Assembly: GCA_963693365.1 (NCBI GenBank)
Contig: CAVNZM010000004.1
Coordinates: 268,448-332,447, forward strand
Direction: 5' to 3'
Origin: Amoebidium appalachense
Lineage: Eukaryota > Protista > Ichthyosporea
Length of the DNA: 64,000 bases
The translations under genes were made by a program, and so were the position numbers. Under the pieces are notes generated by a model. It did not search any database. It was not told where the DNA came from and saw only the letters and a list, made by a program, of their open reading frames with translations. The stretch's first letter is position 1, and the number at the start of each line of letters is the position of its first letter. Shown piece after piece: positions 1-33,429 of the stretch.

Positions 1-43
1 TTTTAATGCGGGTGAACGGTTGTGTGCATGCGTGCGCGCGCGC

Positions 44-127
<84 letters not shown>

Positions 128-641
128 ATGTGTGTTTGTGTGTGTGTGTGTGTGTGCGTGCGCGCGAGCGAGCACGCGCGTGCGTGTGTGTGTATGTGTG
201 GTGTGTGTTTGGGCGTCCGGGCTAATATAGTATGTGTATGTGTATATAGCTTTGTATGTCGTAAGGTCATGAATGCAAGTATATTCGTGTGAACAAATAT
301 CTTAGCTGGAAAGGAAAGTAAGCCCTAGGGGACCACGAGCATGCAGGCACTGGCACAGAAGTGATGTGCATGACTTTCTGCGCACAATTTAACGTTTGTT
401 TGCGTCTACAAATATATTATAGTTGCCGCAACCTCCTTCGCAGAAATGTGTAGCTGTGTGCACACACACAAACACAGACACACACAAAGTTTCCCCCATT
501 CTCTGTTTTCTCTCTCTCCCTCTCTCATCTTTCTCTCTCCTTCTCTCTCAGTCTTCCCCTTCTCCCCCCCCCCCCCCCCTTCTCCTGTCTCTCTATCTCT
601 CTCTCTCTCTCTTTCTCTCTTCCTCTCTCTCTCTCTCTCTC

Positions 642-685
<44 letters not shown>

Positions 686-778
686 TCTCTCTCTCACCCC
701 CTCTCGATTTCTCTCACGTGGGTGCTAATGCGCATGCTTGCATGTATTTGTCGTCCGTGTGTGTGCCTGCATGAGGAC

Positions 779-1176
779 CTGTATGAGCGCGCATAGGTTC
801 CGCCGGTGGTTCTTTCTGCCCTCGGGGGTCAGTGCGCTGCGGCAGACGGAGCATTTCGTGTCTGCACGTGTCAGGCACGTGATCTTGGGCACTCGCTCGG
901 AGGGCCCTGTGCCTAGCAGCACCACACGGACAGCGCTGGTGTCACCCATAGTGGGGGGGGGGAAGGATAGGAGTAGCAGGCGGCCTAACTAGAACACTTA
1001 GAGGTTTGCGGATTGGCACGGCGCCGTTTATGTGCAGGGTCACTAGAAGACTGAAGACTTGTCAGAACACCTTGCCAGCACCAACTTATGTTTGAAGGGG
1101 CGGCAACGAGCAGCGTCCGGCCGCGGAAGTGGGAACGGACTGTCATGCATATCCTCATCCATATGACTGACTCCAT
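779..1176 (-). CDS. Metallo-beta-lactamase-fold hydrolase (PhnP-like), 5' exons only; gene continues beyond the left edge
   Basis: Exon 984-779 encodes VRVVLLGTGPSERVPKITC...CSVCRSALTPEGRKNHRRNLCALIQ, the typical PhnP-like N-terminus (LGTGxSxxVP, CxxC, KNxRxN). A likely upstream exon 1176-1071 joins in frame (GT-AG) and resembles an organellar targeting peptide. Confidence 0.75.
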
Positions 1177-2027
1177 GGGAGTCTGCGGGGACTCGACCTT
1201 AGTGGGGCTTATCGCATAGCACCGCGGATTTGCAGGTCATTAAAGGGCCAAGCTAGCCATAGATTTTCTGAGAATACAGGTTGATTTCTACCTCTATGCT
1301 GTACAGAAACGAAATTTAAAATATTTGGCATGTGTTGAATACTAAACATGCGGAACACAGTAGTGTTTACTCTTCATTGTTGAATTTGTGGGGGGGGGAA
1401 AAGAAAATTATTCAGTCGCAGAATTATAATTTACCAGTCTCACCCTTACAGGTATTGGGGGATCTAACAGGGTGCGCTCGTAGCTAATCAGTCACATGCA
1501 CATCGATGGTTCGAAAATGTTATACTGGAAGCAAGGCTTCCGGCCAAGCTTCGAACTTTTTTGCACAAAACTATTACCTGAACCCAAAGTAAGCGTCTAT
1601 GATAATCTTGTGTCACAAACCACAACAAAGAAAAAACTTATGCAGTTGCCAAATTCACGGGCCATTTTGTTTCCGCGTGCAGCACATGCGGCCTCTGCGC
1701 CGAGGCCCCATGATCATGTGTACTATGTACATGCAGCACTGGATGATGCAGATGCAGTGATCCGTACTCACGGTACACCTCTAGTCCTGTGCTGCGCAAT
1801 CACAATGTTGGTAGGCAAATGTTTGCACAACTACCTGTGGTTATCACATGCAGATGCTCCGTGCAGTGCGCTTTTTTCGTTCTAGCAGAGTCTTGGAACT
1901 TCGTTATCCGCAGCCACTTTGAAGTCTCGCTTTCAGCTTTGTTGACTTAGATGCCAGGGTTCGCATGTGCACTTAGATTACCCAATCCGATTCTGTAGAA
2001 AGTCAAAAGAAACATATTCCGTAAAAT

Positions 2028-2152
2028 AGCCAATCAACGCTGTTGACTCAAGAAATATTTGACCAATCACAATGCCTATCGGCTATCGCTTTCCGCTTTG
2101 GTTATGAGCCAATCCCTGATCAAAAGCCGCAGCTACCTGCACATATATAAAG
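2028..2152 (+). promoter_or_regulatory. Promoter of the BT1 gene: three CCAAT boxes plus a TATA-like element
   Basis: gccaatca (~2030), accaatca (~2062), gccaatcc (~2108) and tatataaa (~2143) lie ~100 bp upstream of the ATG at 2247, in a repeat-free, more AT-rich divergent intergenic region. Confidence 0.6.
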
Positions 2153-2246
2153 CGGGTGCTTTGATATCAACAGCACACAGTGTGCCCACTAGCCCGCCAA
2201 ACATCACAGCACTCTGTGTAGCCTGCTGCTACTAAAATAACAGAAA

Positions 2247-10534
<8,288 letters not shown>

Positions 10535-10895
10535 GGACACCGTGTATATGTGCGTGCAGTTGGAAAGCATCCTTTGTTGAGAGTTGCGCAGACTGGGCGG
10601 GATAAAGCCTGCGAGAACGTGTTTATCTATAAATAGCTATAGGTGTAAAATTATAAGGCTAACAAGGAGTTATGTAGAACTAAGTAACCATAATGTGTGC
10701 GAGGCTTTGAAGCTACGCAGTGTACTCTAATGTGCGGCACCAATAATAATAAAAAATAACTGCACTATTACCTGGCTTCATGGCAACCGGTTTCTCAACC
10801 TCGATAACCCGTATAAACGTGGCCTTTGCACAACTTCCGCGCAGGCAAGGCTCTAATGTGGACCCGAAGGTGATATGTGTGTGTGCGCGTGTGCG

Positions 10896-10985
<90 letters not shown>

Positions 10986-11075
10986 CGCGTGTGCGCGCGC
11001 GTGCGCGTGTGCGCGCGTACGTGCGTGTGCGTGCGTGTGCGTGTGTGTGTGCGTGTGTGGGTGTGGGTGCTTGTC

Positions 11076-11127
<52 letters not shown>

Positions 11128-13199
11128 GTGTGTGTTGTGTATTGTGTGCTGTTTGTATGTATTGTGTGTGTATGTGTTTGCGCGCGTTCACTTGGAACGT
11201 GGTGTGGATATAGACATACGATTCTGCGGGGGGGGGGGAGGGGGGGGGGGGGAGGGGGGGGGGGGGGGGGGGGGGAGGGAGGGGGGAGGGGGGGGAATGC
11301 ATCACAAGAGAATGGCGAGATGCAAGCGTGTGTTTACCTCAGTTGTATGGCTTTGCACGTCAACAGAAGCCAGAGCCACGCATAGAGGGGGGGGGGGGGA
11401 CGCGCAACAGGCTTGATTGGGTGTGCAATGGCGACAGTGATAGCGATGGGTTACTGGGGCGGCAGGGGGTGTAAAAAGATGGGGGAGAGGGAGGGAGAGA
11501 GGGAGAAAGAGAGAGGGGAGGGAGGGAGGGAGGTGGTTGAAGGAACGTAACACTGTGGCAAAACAATAAATTATGGAAACGCGTAGGTAGCTACGGCAAC
11601 GCCGAACGAAAGTGAGGAAGAAGCAAAGGTGCAGGTGGGGAGGTGGGGAATCTTATTCGGGGTAGCATCCAGATGTCGAGGCGGGGTAAGCCCTGTCAGA
11701 GAAATAAACCGAAAAAATAAAAGGAAGAAAAGGTAAAAGAGCGACACACACGCCTTGGACCATATAGCCGTGACACGGTGACAGCCACCTATCTTGCTAA
11801 TATTAATAACGGAAACCACGTGCCCACTTGCAAACGATTTCTCGATTCGAATGCAGTCAAAGTTTTCACTCTTGCAGTTTTTATTTACGCCAGCCACCCA
11901 CCGGTGCAGGTACGTACGGAACACACTCGACACAGACACACAACATGCACACATATGCCCCTCAAACACAAGGCTGGCTAACTCCTTCAGTCAACTTGAC
12001 TCCGGCGATGCTTGTTTTTCAGGTTGTTTTTTTATTTTTTATTGCCACACCAGCTGGTCGTGAGAGGCCACCGTGTAGCCAATCAGCAAGGGTTGTAAAG
12101 CGTGGTAAACATTCCTAATGATGATTTGTCAAGTGAGAGAGTTATAAACGGTAGAAGCCACCAAAAACGTTGCTTGGCTGGTTAAAGTTGACTTTTAAAC
12201 TTTACTTTGTATGAAAATGTATATAAACGGCAAACTAGTAGGGTTTCTTATGAGGCATGCTGTTACTGTACGTTGCCAGGGATTGCAACGTTTTGATTGT
12301 TTCTGCCGCGCTCGTCCGTCTGCATTCCTTGGCTTGCGCCAGATCGGAGTGTGCGATCGCGGTTGCAGCGGGCCGGGCGCTAACGCAAAAAAAAATTCAA
12401 CTCCGAAAAAATGCTCTCCCGAAGTGGGCTATAGCTACGAGGCAAGTTAGCACTTACAGACCACGTAGGGTGTAGTTGTGTGTAGGTGTATATGCAGCTT
12501 ATGTTTATGAGACTTGGCAGGTGAATTAGGTGGATAGGCGGACATAGATGAAGCGCTGAGCGGCGTTGCTGTGGGTGGGCTTTAGCGGATAGGGCAGCAC
12601 AGGGCTCGCCTAGCCGCCGAAAGAGGCGACTTGCACAGCTAGCGGGCTGGAGGTTACACAGAGCCTGTAGCTGCTTAGAAGGTGGGCCTGCGCTTATATT
12701 CTTGGTGGTATCAAGCTGCGTTGATGGCGACCTTTTCCTTCTCTCTGGCGTTGTCCTCGCTTTTTTTTGCTGGGCAACCTGTTAAGGATAATCGCTCGGC
12801 GCGTGTTTCCTGTAAGCATCTCGCTTTAGTGTTCTTAGCGTGCTGAAGACGCTTCTTTGCTGCTTCCTAAGTGTTGCCTGTTACCACTCCATCCTCCTAT
12901 TGTCTTGTTCAATCTGCTTGGCTGGTCTCCCCACTCTCTCTCCTTCTTAGTGTCCCTGTTGATGTGGTCCCTCTCTTGGACTTCCCCCCCCCTTTTGCTT
13001 CACGGTGTGCTATAACGTTTTGGTTTGCTTGGAGAGCTTTCGTCCGCATAACGGACAGTTCCAGGCTGTTCTAAGTCGTTATTTTGCTTCCCTCAAGCTT
13101 TCGTGCTGTACATTCAGACCCTCTTGTCTCTGCATTCCACCACCCTCCTACTCCCTCCCCTTCCCTCAACACGTTCCCTGCATATTCCCCCCCCCCCCC

Positions 13200-13233
<34 letters not shown>

Positions 13234-13350
13234 CCCCCTCCTCCTCCTCCTCCCCCCTCCCCCCCCCCTTCCCCCCTCCCCTTCTCACTCACCCCCTCCC
13301 CCCCCCCCCCCCCCCCCCCCACTTCTACGCACCCCTCCGCGCAGGGCGCC

Positions 13351-24313
<10,963 letters not shown>

Positions 24314-24667
24314 AGGCCGAAGGGTGTACATGGGGTAGGGATCTAGGCCGCTCAAGGGTGCGGCATGCACGTGTAACCGAATTTTAGTGGCTAGTTTGGA
24401 GGCACCATGTGATTTACAGGACGGCCTATATGTATGCATGTGTTGAGTGGTGTGCCAGCAAACGTGTCCATCTGCAGCTGTGTTACACCCCTGGGAGTGG
24501 GTGCTGTTTTTAAATAAAGATTTGGACGAACTGCGTGATTTAAATTTGGCCAGCGTTCAACAAGTGTCGGCACCTTTCCCCCTCCTTTGCAGGAGCACGT
24601 ATGTGACGGTCACGGACACTCTCACTTTCACATTGATGCTGTCACACGATGTTAATCACGGACACAA

Positions 24668-24701
<34 letters not shown>

Positions 24702-25909
24702 CAATTGAAAAGTGGAGGGGGGGAGGGGGAGGGAGGGCATGCATGCACACCACTTGAGCCAAATGCAAACAGTGGCCGCGCAAGCGTGACTCTTGGAACT
24801 GGGCCTCGGGTGTGCTGCTCCACGTTTTCAGGCAGTGGTATGCGCATCTCAACCATTTGATTTAACACTCTCTTGGCCCAGTGCAGCAGGTGCTTTGCCT
24901 AATATATTATGCGAAAGTCCCAAATGGAAGGGCCTAGGCCAAAGAAAAAACTAATATGGCCAAGTGCACATGTAACGCCTAGCGTGGATATGGTGCCTGT
25001 CGCAGTGACTGTGGCGGACACCTGGGATGGCCAATTCATTAGGCTGGCAAGGAATGAATTGCAATGGTGGGGTCGGCGGCGGCAAGAGAGGGGGGGGGGG
25101 GGGGGGGGGGGGGGCTCCATATCTCCATATGCATTTTATGCAGTTGATCCAACAATAGCATAACATTGCCAGGCACCCTAGGCCTGTCGCCATAGTCTCC
25201 TTGCTTGTGGCAAAAAGAGCTGCCAGCACCATGGGTTAACAGTGGCTATAATATGATACTTACACGTGGGCACAAGAATTTGCAGTGTGTCTGTCCGGAT
25301 CCAGGTCCGATCGAGCATGCTCTGCTCAATTTCAAAGCTGATTAGTACGGTGTAGTGTATGTCGTCAGTAAATCTTCATCCCCCACGTAACCCCCCCTCC
25401 CCCCCCCCCCCCCCCCCCTTGACCAACCTTCCAGCCACCCTTACCATCATGATATATACGTGTGATCCTGACAAGACGTGATGCAGACTGAACAATTTTT
25501 TCCAGTTTCATGTAGTACGTTAGCAATGATTCTTATCATTGAGTCACCCAATCACGCATATTCAGGCATAATCGATATCCCCAAGTGGCACCTATTATGG
25601 GCATAAAATTCGATCTAATATTCCATATCTCCTGCTGCCCACCAATATAGGACAGATTTCTTTAGATAACTCTCGCGGCCCAACTAATTGATAGACTTTG
25701 ATATATTGGAATCGGTAGATGATTCCTGCGCTGCATGACTTTTCGATGGACTCTGATTTCCGTAGCCGTGGCTTAACCCAGAAATTGCTAACTCCCATGG
25801 CCAGTTAATATATCATATGCTCCGCAGAATCCACTACGCACGACCTCATGAACCACTGCTTTTGGAACACAACTCGTCAGATGATCCTCCCGCTCCCACA
25901 TTAGGTACA

Positions 25910-26065
25910 TATATACCTGCATGGCCCGATAACCATTAAATATTCATACCTGCATAGATAACCCATTAGATATACATACCTGCATAGATAACCCATTAGA
26001 TATACATACCTGTGTAATAAAATATTTAATAACCCATTAGATATACATACCTGTGTAGATAACCT
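25910..26065. repeat. 30-bp AT-rich intergenic minisatellite (acctgcatagataacccattagatatacat)
   Basis: About 5 imperfect tandem copies between the convergent PMCA and LCAT 3' ends. Confidence 0.8.
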
Positions 26066-27050
26066 CATCTGACATGGCACAAGTAAGAGTATCTGATGTA
26101 AGACTATCGGTACACTCTATATTGGAGGGTTTTCATTGGGGAGCCACTTTCATCCAATCTTCATCTGCCGGCCATGGCAGGGAACTATATTACGGCAGGG
26201 CAGCCGGTATGCATTGCTACCACATGCTCAGCCTACGGAGCTCCGGGGGAGACGGGGGTGGAAACTGTGATCTCTATGCTTTTTAACCTGGCTTAAGGTT
26301 TGTTATATTCTCCCGGTCGAGCGGAGGGTGAGGGAGGGGAGGGGGTGGAAAGGAGAGATTTGCAGAGGAGGTCATAGATGGTGGTGTTGTGAGGGTTCCC
26401 CGGGCTCAAACTTGGGGCGAGGGCTGGGAGGTGGGGGGGGGGGGGGGGGGGGTGTCTTCGACGTGGTTGGATGTGATGGTGGTCAAAGCACTTGTAGTGG
26501 CGGCGGTGGTGTTGTGGTTGCATGAGGTGGGTGACGGTAAAGCACATGTGGTGGTGATGGTCAGGACTCATATGCAGTGGTGGTTAGCTTGTTGTGGTTG
26601 TTGAGTGTGGGTGTTCATGTGTGCATGTGTGTGAGAGAAAAGAAGAGCCCATGAGGTGAATAAACAGATGTATCCTGTTGTCTGATGACCAGCACCAATG
26701 CAAGGTGTTTATTGGATGGCCGGTCCCTAGCAACGTGCAGATGATTGGCTGCTCGGCGCCAATCCACAAGTGGACAGTCGGCCATTGCAGCAACACGGGG
26801 CCAGCAACTAATCTAACGGGAATCATCACCCTAGTGGCTAATCTACAACTACAACTAAAATGCGGGTGGACAAAAGCTACACCCTCGATTATTAGACATT
26901 CATCAAAAAACACGAAAACACAATCGAAAAACCGGAGTTCTACCAATGGTCACACGGGCTTTCTATCCGTAGCCTACAGAAAAGTTTAGCCTCGACTCCC
27001 AGAGCCAAGGTCTTCGCGCGTGAATATCCCCCTAGAGTGTGGGGTTCTAA

Positions 27051-28115
27051 CTACAATTCGATGAGCTTGGGCAGCAGAAAATTCACAAAGTCGTCATCCG
27101 ACACCATCTTCTTGTGTTCACCCCCTGCCACGGACAAACCCCACCATAGTCAATGGCTCAGTAGGTAAGGTAAAGGTGCCCGGGGGTTACGTGCCTTTGC
27201 TGCAGTCCCATTTTAGTTTCAAACGAGGGTTTAGAGGGCCTACAGGATACGACACACACACCATCATAGTGGACAGCGCAATGCAGATTATAAAAGAGAG
27301 AACACGTCAAGTGTGTGCACTACAAATAGAGCCCCTCCTGGGGGAGAGCCCAGGTCATCTAGTGTGCACGAGTTCTGGCACATGCACCTCCTATCCATGG
27401 GTTGGCCGGCGGGCGGGTGGGTGGATACCCGGATGGGTGGGCGGGTGGGTGGATACCCGGATGGGTGGGCGGGTGGGTGGATACCCGGGTGGGTGGGCGG
27501 GTGGGTGGATGGGTGGGTGGGTGGGTGGGTGGATGGGGGGGGGGGGGGGAGGGGGGGTCCATAGTACGTACCCTGGAATGTGTGGTACGTAATTGCATGG
27601 CCCTGATTGGCCGCCACCGACCACGTGTTGCAAAGGGCCAGCGACCGCAGACTGACCACGGCATCGCCTTGCAGCTCATCCGTGCTCTCCTTCTGCACCG
27701 GCCAATAAGAAACCAATATACCCTGCAAAACCATTGGCTACCCCCTCCCTTTCACATGGATCCACACATGCAATCTTCGTGCTTCCACTACTTGGCCCGT
27801 GATTGGTTGACAAGACGATGGGAAAAAGGGGGTGGATGCTTTGCACAGAAAGGGCCAGGCAGGGGGAGGGTGGGTGGGCGGGGGGGGGGGGGGGGGGGGG
27901 GGGGGAGGGGGTCAGGGATAATGCATTCTATGCAAGTCACAAGCTCTGAGGAAACAAAAGCGTAGAGGAAGGGGTAGGTGTGTGAGTGGGTCTCTGGATA
28001 GGTGCATGGGCAGGCGTGCTGGTAGGTGTATTGGAGGTTGCGTGGGTAGGTGAGAGGGTGTGTGTGCGAGTAGTGCCAAAGAGTAGGTGTGGGAGAGAGG
28101 GCAGGGTGTATGTGT

Positions 28116-28160
<45 letters not shown>

Positions 28161-28506
28161 CTTACGGCGTTAGTCTGCAGGGGCATCTGCAGCTGGGGGT
28201 GGGGGGTGTCAGCAGCACAGTGCCGCTGGCATTGACCACCTGCTCACGGTGCTTGATGGGGTCTTGGGTGATGTCCCCATACACCCCATAGTCCTCAGTC
28301 ACAAGCCCCGTACCGTGCATGCAGACGAGGCGGGTCCCTGGGGGCTGCAGGTACACATGTCAGGGTGTGACCAATCAGCATGCTGGTGCTGTAGCCTTAT
28401 TTGGTGTGTGCTGGTATGCCCTAAACGAGAACACATGCAGAGCAGCTATAAATGCACGGACGAAAATGCACAGGCACACACATCCACGGATGCACTCACA
28501 TACAAG

Positions 28507-28597
<91 letters not shown>

Positions 28598-30000
28598 ACC
28601 TTGATGTCCGCCTGCAGTGTCTGCTGCACAAACCCCGTCAGAACCTCAGCCACACCCTGACGAGGGCTAACCTTTGTGAAGAGCTCGGTCAGGTCTGCGG
28701 GTGACACAGAGTACTCCTTGCCCCCCACCTGCATGAACTTCCTGGGGGGGCGGATGGGGTGAGCGGCAGGGCCACATACAGGGGTAGGCAACGAAGAGCA
28801 AGGGGTCAGGTATGTGTTGACATGCAAACCAGCACCAGCAGAACCCATCCTTTTAGCGGCTGAGGTATTTATTCAATAGAAGTGTCATCACCTCAACAAA
28901 CCTGGACGAGAAGGAGGTGGCTGTTTTTTTTTTTGTTTTTTTTTTGTTTTTTGGGGGGTGGGGGTGGGGGGGGGGGGGGGTTTGAAAAACAGGCTGGGCA
29001 AACACAAGATCACAACAGGCAAGAAAGTAAAGGAAGCACATGGCATGCACACAGTGGAATGCACACAGCACCACCCACCTGTTGCCCTCCAATCTGTGTG
29101 CCGGGATAGACCACAGCATGCCCCCCATCAGCTGCTCAACCCCCACAAACTCGCTGTCATGCCCCGGCAGCCCCTCACTCTCCCCAGACACAATCGCACG
29201 CAGAGCCGTGAATGACCCTGCACTCACACCACACCATTAGCAACCCCATGAAGTGTGCCCCCCCCCCCCCCCCCCTCCCCCCCCCTCCCCCCTCCCCCTT
29301 TGTGAGGATGGTTTTGCAGATGACTTTTTATATCAAGTGACAAAATCTGCATTGTGTTGTCCGTCGTGAATGTGCACTTCGCACTCTGTAACACATTCCA
29401 ACATCCCCCCCCCCCCCCCCCCCTTCCCCCCACCCCCTCCCCCCCGCTTCCCCCCCTCCCCCCCCCCGGGGTGTTTTTGGCTGTGTTGGATCCTGTACCT
29501 GCCCAAGGTGCGCCGATAGAGAAGAAGGTGTCGATGTGTTTGTCTTTCCATGGCTGGTCCACATAGTGGTTGAGAAAGTGCAGCATGTAGGGGCCACCAA
29601 GGCTGCATCAAACCAGATCAGATGAAGAGCATATGCACACAAATGGCCAAAACAGTGTTTGCATATGATTCAGTTGTTAACCACCTGGTATGATTGCACA
29701 CGCACACCAAATGAATAAGGACACATGCCAAGGACAAGCAAATCCTGGCCCCCCCCTCCCCCTCCCCCCCTCCCTCTCCACCTCCCCCCTCCCAAAAAAA
29801 AAAAAAGAAGAAGAAGCATACACACACACACATACACAAACACCCATATCACCATACCCACCCGCCCACCCACACACCTGTGTGTGACGAAGCGCACGGG
29901 CCTTGGTCCCTTGTCTTTGCACTGACCCGAGTAGGCGTAGTGGTCCTCAATTAGAGATTTGAGCTGCGCATACTGCCCCTGCAGGCTGCAGTACGTGTTA

Positions 30001-30031
<31 letters not shown>

Positions 30032-31129
30032 TATGTGTGTGTGTGTGTGTGCGCGTGTGTGCGCGTGTTTGTGTGTGTGTGTGTGTGTGGGAGGGGGGGG
30101 GGGGGGGGCATGTGTGTGTGTGGGCTCATTATCTACGGCACATGCATGGCCTTTGTCCCTCTACTGTGTACACTTTTAGCAACTAAGCCATGTGATGTGC
30201 CTGAGTGCATGCACCGGAGACCGTAGACGGGCATCGTGTGCAGGCTCAGCGGGCATTTTCAGACAGTGAAAAATGGGGGTCCTATCATGCAGTGTACAGT
30301 GTAATATGGTGTATTACATGCAATGCAGAGCGCAAGGGGGTTTATGTCATGAAGGGCACAGTGCCATGGGGGGTTCCTTTCACACAGTACATCATGCAAT
30401 TTTGGGGTCCCCACCTCTCCTGGTCGGCCACCATTCGGAAGTCATAGGGGGCACCCCGCAGCGACTTCTTGTCGACATAGCCTGCGGGGGGTGAAAGTGT
30501 CAAAATGGAAATACAGAGTATGAGGGCATGCTCATAACACGGACAGATGGCTGCATGCACGCATGCATGCACACACAGAGAAGGAGACATGTGCACCCAC
30601 ACCCAACCCCATACCAGCACATGCGCACATGTGCGGACGCAGACACGCACACATATACACAAGCACGTCACACCTGCACGCACATGATCACTGAACCATG
30701 TGTTCTCCAAAGCAGTTGACACGCATGCCACACCTACAAATAACTCACCATAAGTGTGTGTGAGTGCCCTGCTCAGGCCCTGGAACACTGCACTCATCCT
30801 CAGCCCCCAGTTGTCATGCACCTCGTACAGGTTGGAGATGCCACTCACACTGCCCCACTCACGCGCACGTATCTCCACGTCTGCGCACACGCGTGCTTAG
30901 TGGCACACCCACAGACACATAGGCCACCCTCCATGTCTCATGTGAGCGTGTCAGAAACACGCTCAGTCCACATATGATTAGATTAGGTAAGATGTCACAG
31001 GTAGCAACCAACTGAACATGTGCAATTGCACACCATGAATGGTCACCATCCAAGAACATCTAACCCACCTTCTCAAATCCCACATCCTCTCACCACCATT
31101 GCCAACACACACGCACACCAACACACACA

Positions 31130-31184
<55 letters not shown>

Positions 31185-31199
31185 GCACGCACGCACACA

Positions 31200-31247
<48 letters not shown>

Positions 31248-31851
31248 CGGACGACGGACGGGCGAGCGGGAGGGCGGGAGGGCGGGCGGGCGGGCGGGCG
31301 GGCGGACGCGCGCGCGCGCGCACACACACACACACGCACACGCACGCACGCACACACACACACACAAACACACACACAATATATATATTGCACAGTTGCA
31401 TATAACTCCCACACCTACCTGGATTGCTGTGTGGGCGCTTTGTTGTGTTGTCCCACCTGACCTCGAATATGTCTGCAAAGCACTTGCGCACCTCGGGGGG
31501 CCACGGGTCTGGGGAAACAGTGTCAGGGCAAGGACAGAGAGGCAGAAAGAGAGGAAGAGCTGGAGCTACAAGCAAAGGCAGAAAAGGGGGGGAGAGAGAG
31601 AGTGAGTGAGGGGGGGGGGGGGGGGGGAGGAGGGGGGGAGGGAGGGATGTAGATGGCCAGGGAAGACTCAAGAATAAATCTAATCTACTGGACAACATAC
31701 CCAACATAGCCAAACACCTCCACCCACCCACCTGCCACGGCCACGGATGGCCACAGGCGGCCAAAGCTGTCTGTGCTCCAAAGGTGACGGCACATCCAGT
31801 GCGGTCCCTGCAGTCAAACACAGCGTCAGATGCTACACCATAACAGAAACG

Positions 31852-31908
<57 letters not shown>

Positions 31909-32032
31909 ACACACGCTCGCTCGCACGAACACATGCACACAGGCACACATACACACACACGCATGCAGCCACACGCACACACACACACACACGCACACAC
32001 GCACACGCTCACTCTCTCTCTCTCAATCTCGC

Positions 32033-32064
<32 letters not shown>

Positions 32065-32418
32065 TAAAATAAACGTAAATACAGTACGCGGGCGCGCGCG
32101 CGCGTGTGTGTGTGTGTGTGTGCGCGCGCGTGCGTATGTATGTGCGTGTGCGTGTGTGTGTGTGCGTGTGCGTTTTTTGCATACATTAATGTATGTCACA
32201 TTTGGCCTGCACGTGTACGCACCTTGTACTCTGGCTTTAGCTTGACCTCCAGCACTGTGCCACCTAGGCCGGGCACAAAGAGTATAGGGGGCCGGCAAGG
32301 GTCCTCCATGTGCTCCCAGTCAGTGTTGGCTGGGGGGGCTGCCTGGGTGTCGGGGGCATCAAAGAGCTTGGCATCCTGCTGCTCACGCCACTGCTGAAGG
32401 TTGCCTGGCGCAGACAGG

Positions 32419-32488
<70 letters not shown>

Positions 32489-32542
32489 GCGTGTGTGTGC
32501 GTGTGTGTGCGTGTGCGTGTGTGTGTGTGCGTGTATGGGTGT

Positions 32543-32621
<79 letters not shown>

Positions 32622-33001
32622 TGTGTGTGTCTGCGTGTGTGCACGCGGGTATGTGTATCGTGTGTGTCTGTGTGTGTGTGTGTGTGTGTGTGAGTGTGTG
32701 TGTGTGTGTGCGTGTGTGTGTGTATGCATGTGTGTGTGTGCGTGTTTGTGTATGTGTGTGTGTGTGTGTGAGTGGGGCAGGGGAGGGTATGTGTGTGCGT
32801 GTACGTGTAAGTGTGTGTGTGCGAATGTGCGTGCGCGCATCCGTATGCACCTGCACGTGTGTGCGTTATGTCTGTGTGTGTTCGTGAGTGCTCTCTCTGT
32901 GTGTGGTATGTGCAAGTGCGTGCGAGTGTCGGGTGAGCATGTGCATGCTCGTGTGCACTCTTTTTGTGATGTGTCTGCGTGTGTGCACACGGGTATGTGT
33001 A

Positions 33002-33039
<38 letters not shown>

Positions 33040-33394
33040 TACCAAAAGTAATCCGTGTGAGCAAGTGTAAGTGAGGGTTTCATTAATTGCGAATCTTTGA
33101 GCATGTCTGCTTGTGCCATATCCGTCCGCATAGTTGTGACTGTCAACAAAGAATCAAAGTATCTGCGGTATCTTCGTGTCTGTGTAGCTGCGTTGCACAA
33201 GTACACAAGTATATCAAGAGGGCATGCTTGTGCTGCAAGTGCAGGCAAGACTTCGACTATCATTATGTGTGTGTGCTTGTGTTGGGAAACCTGTTTTGTG
33301 TATGTTTACACACACCTGCACACATGTGCAGCACAATACCACACGGTGTGCACAGACTACACACAAATACACACACGCAACACAAACACACATA

Positions 33395-33429
<35 letters not shown>

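Noticed and set aside
33040-33263. Possible extra LCAT exon in a non-repetitive stretch of intron 1
   Set aside because: Exons 1 and 2 already join in frame, and there is no LCAT similarity or convincing splice pair.
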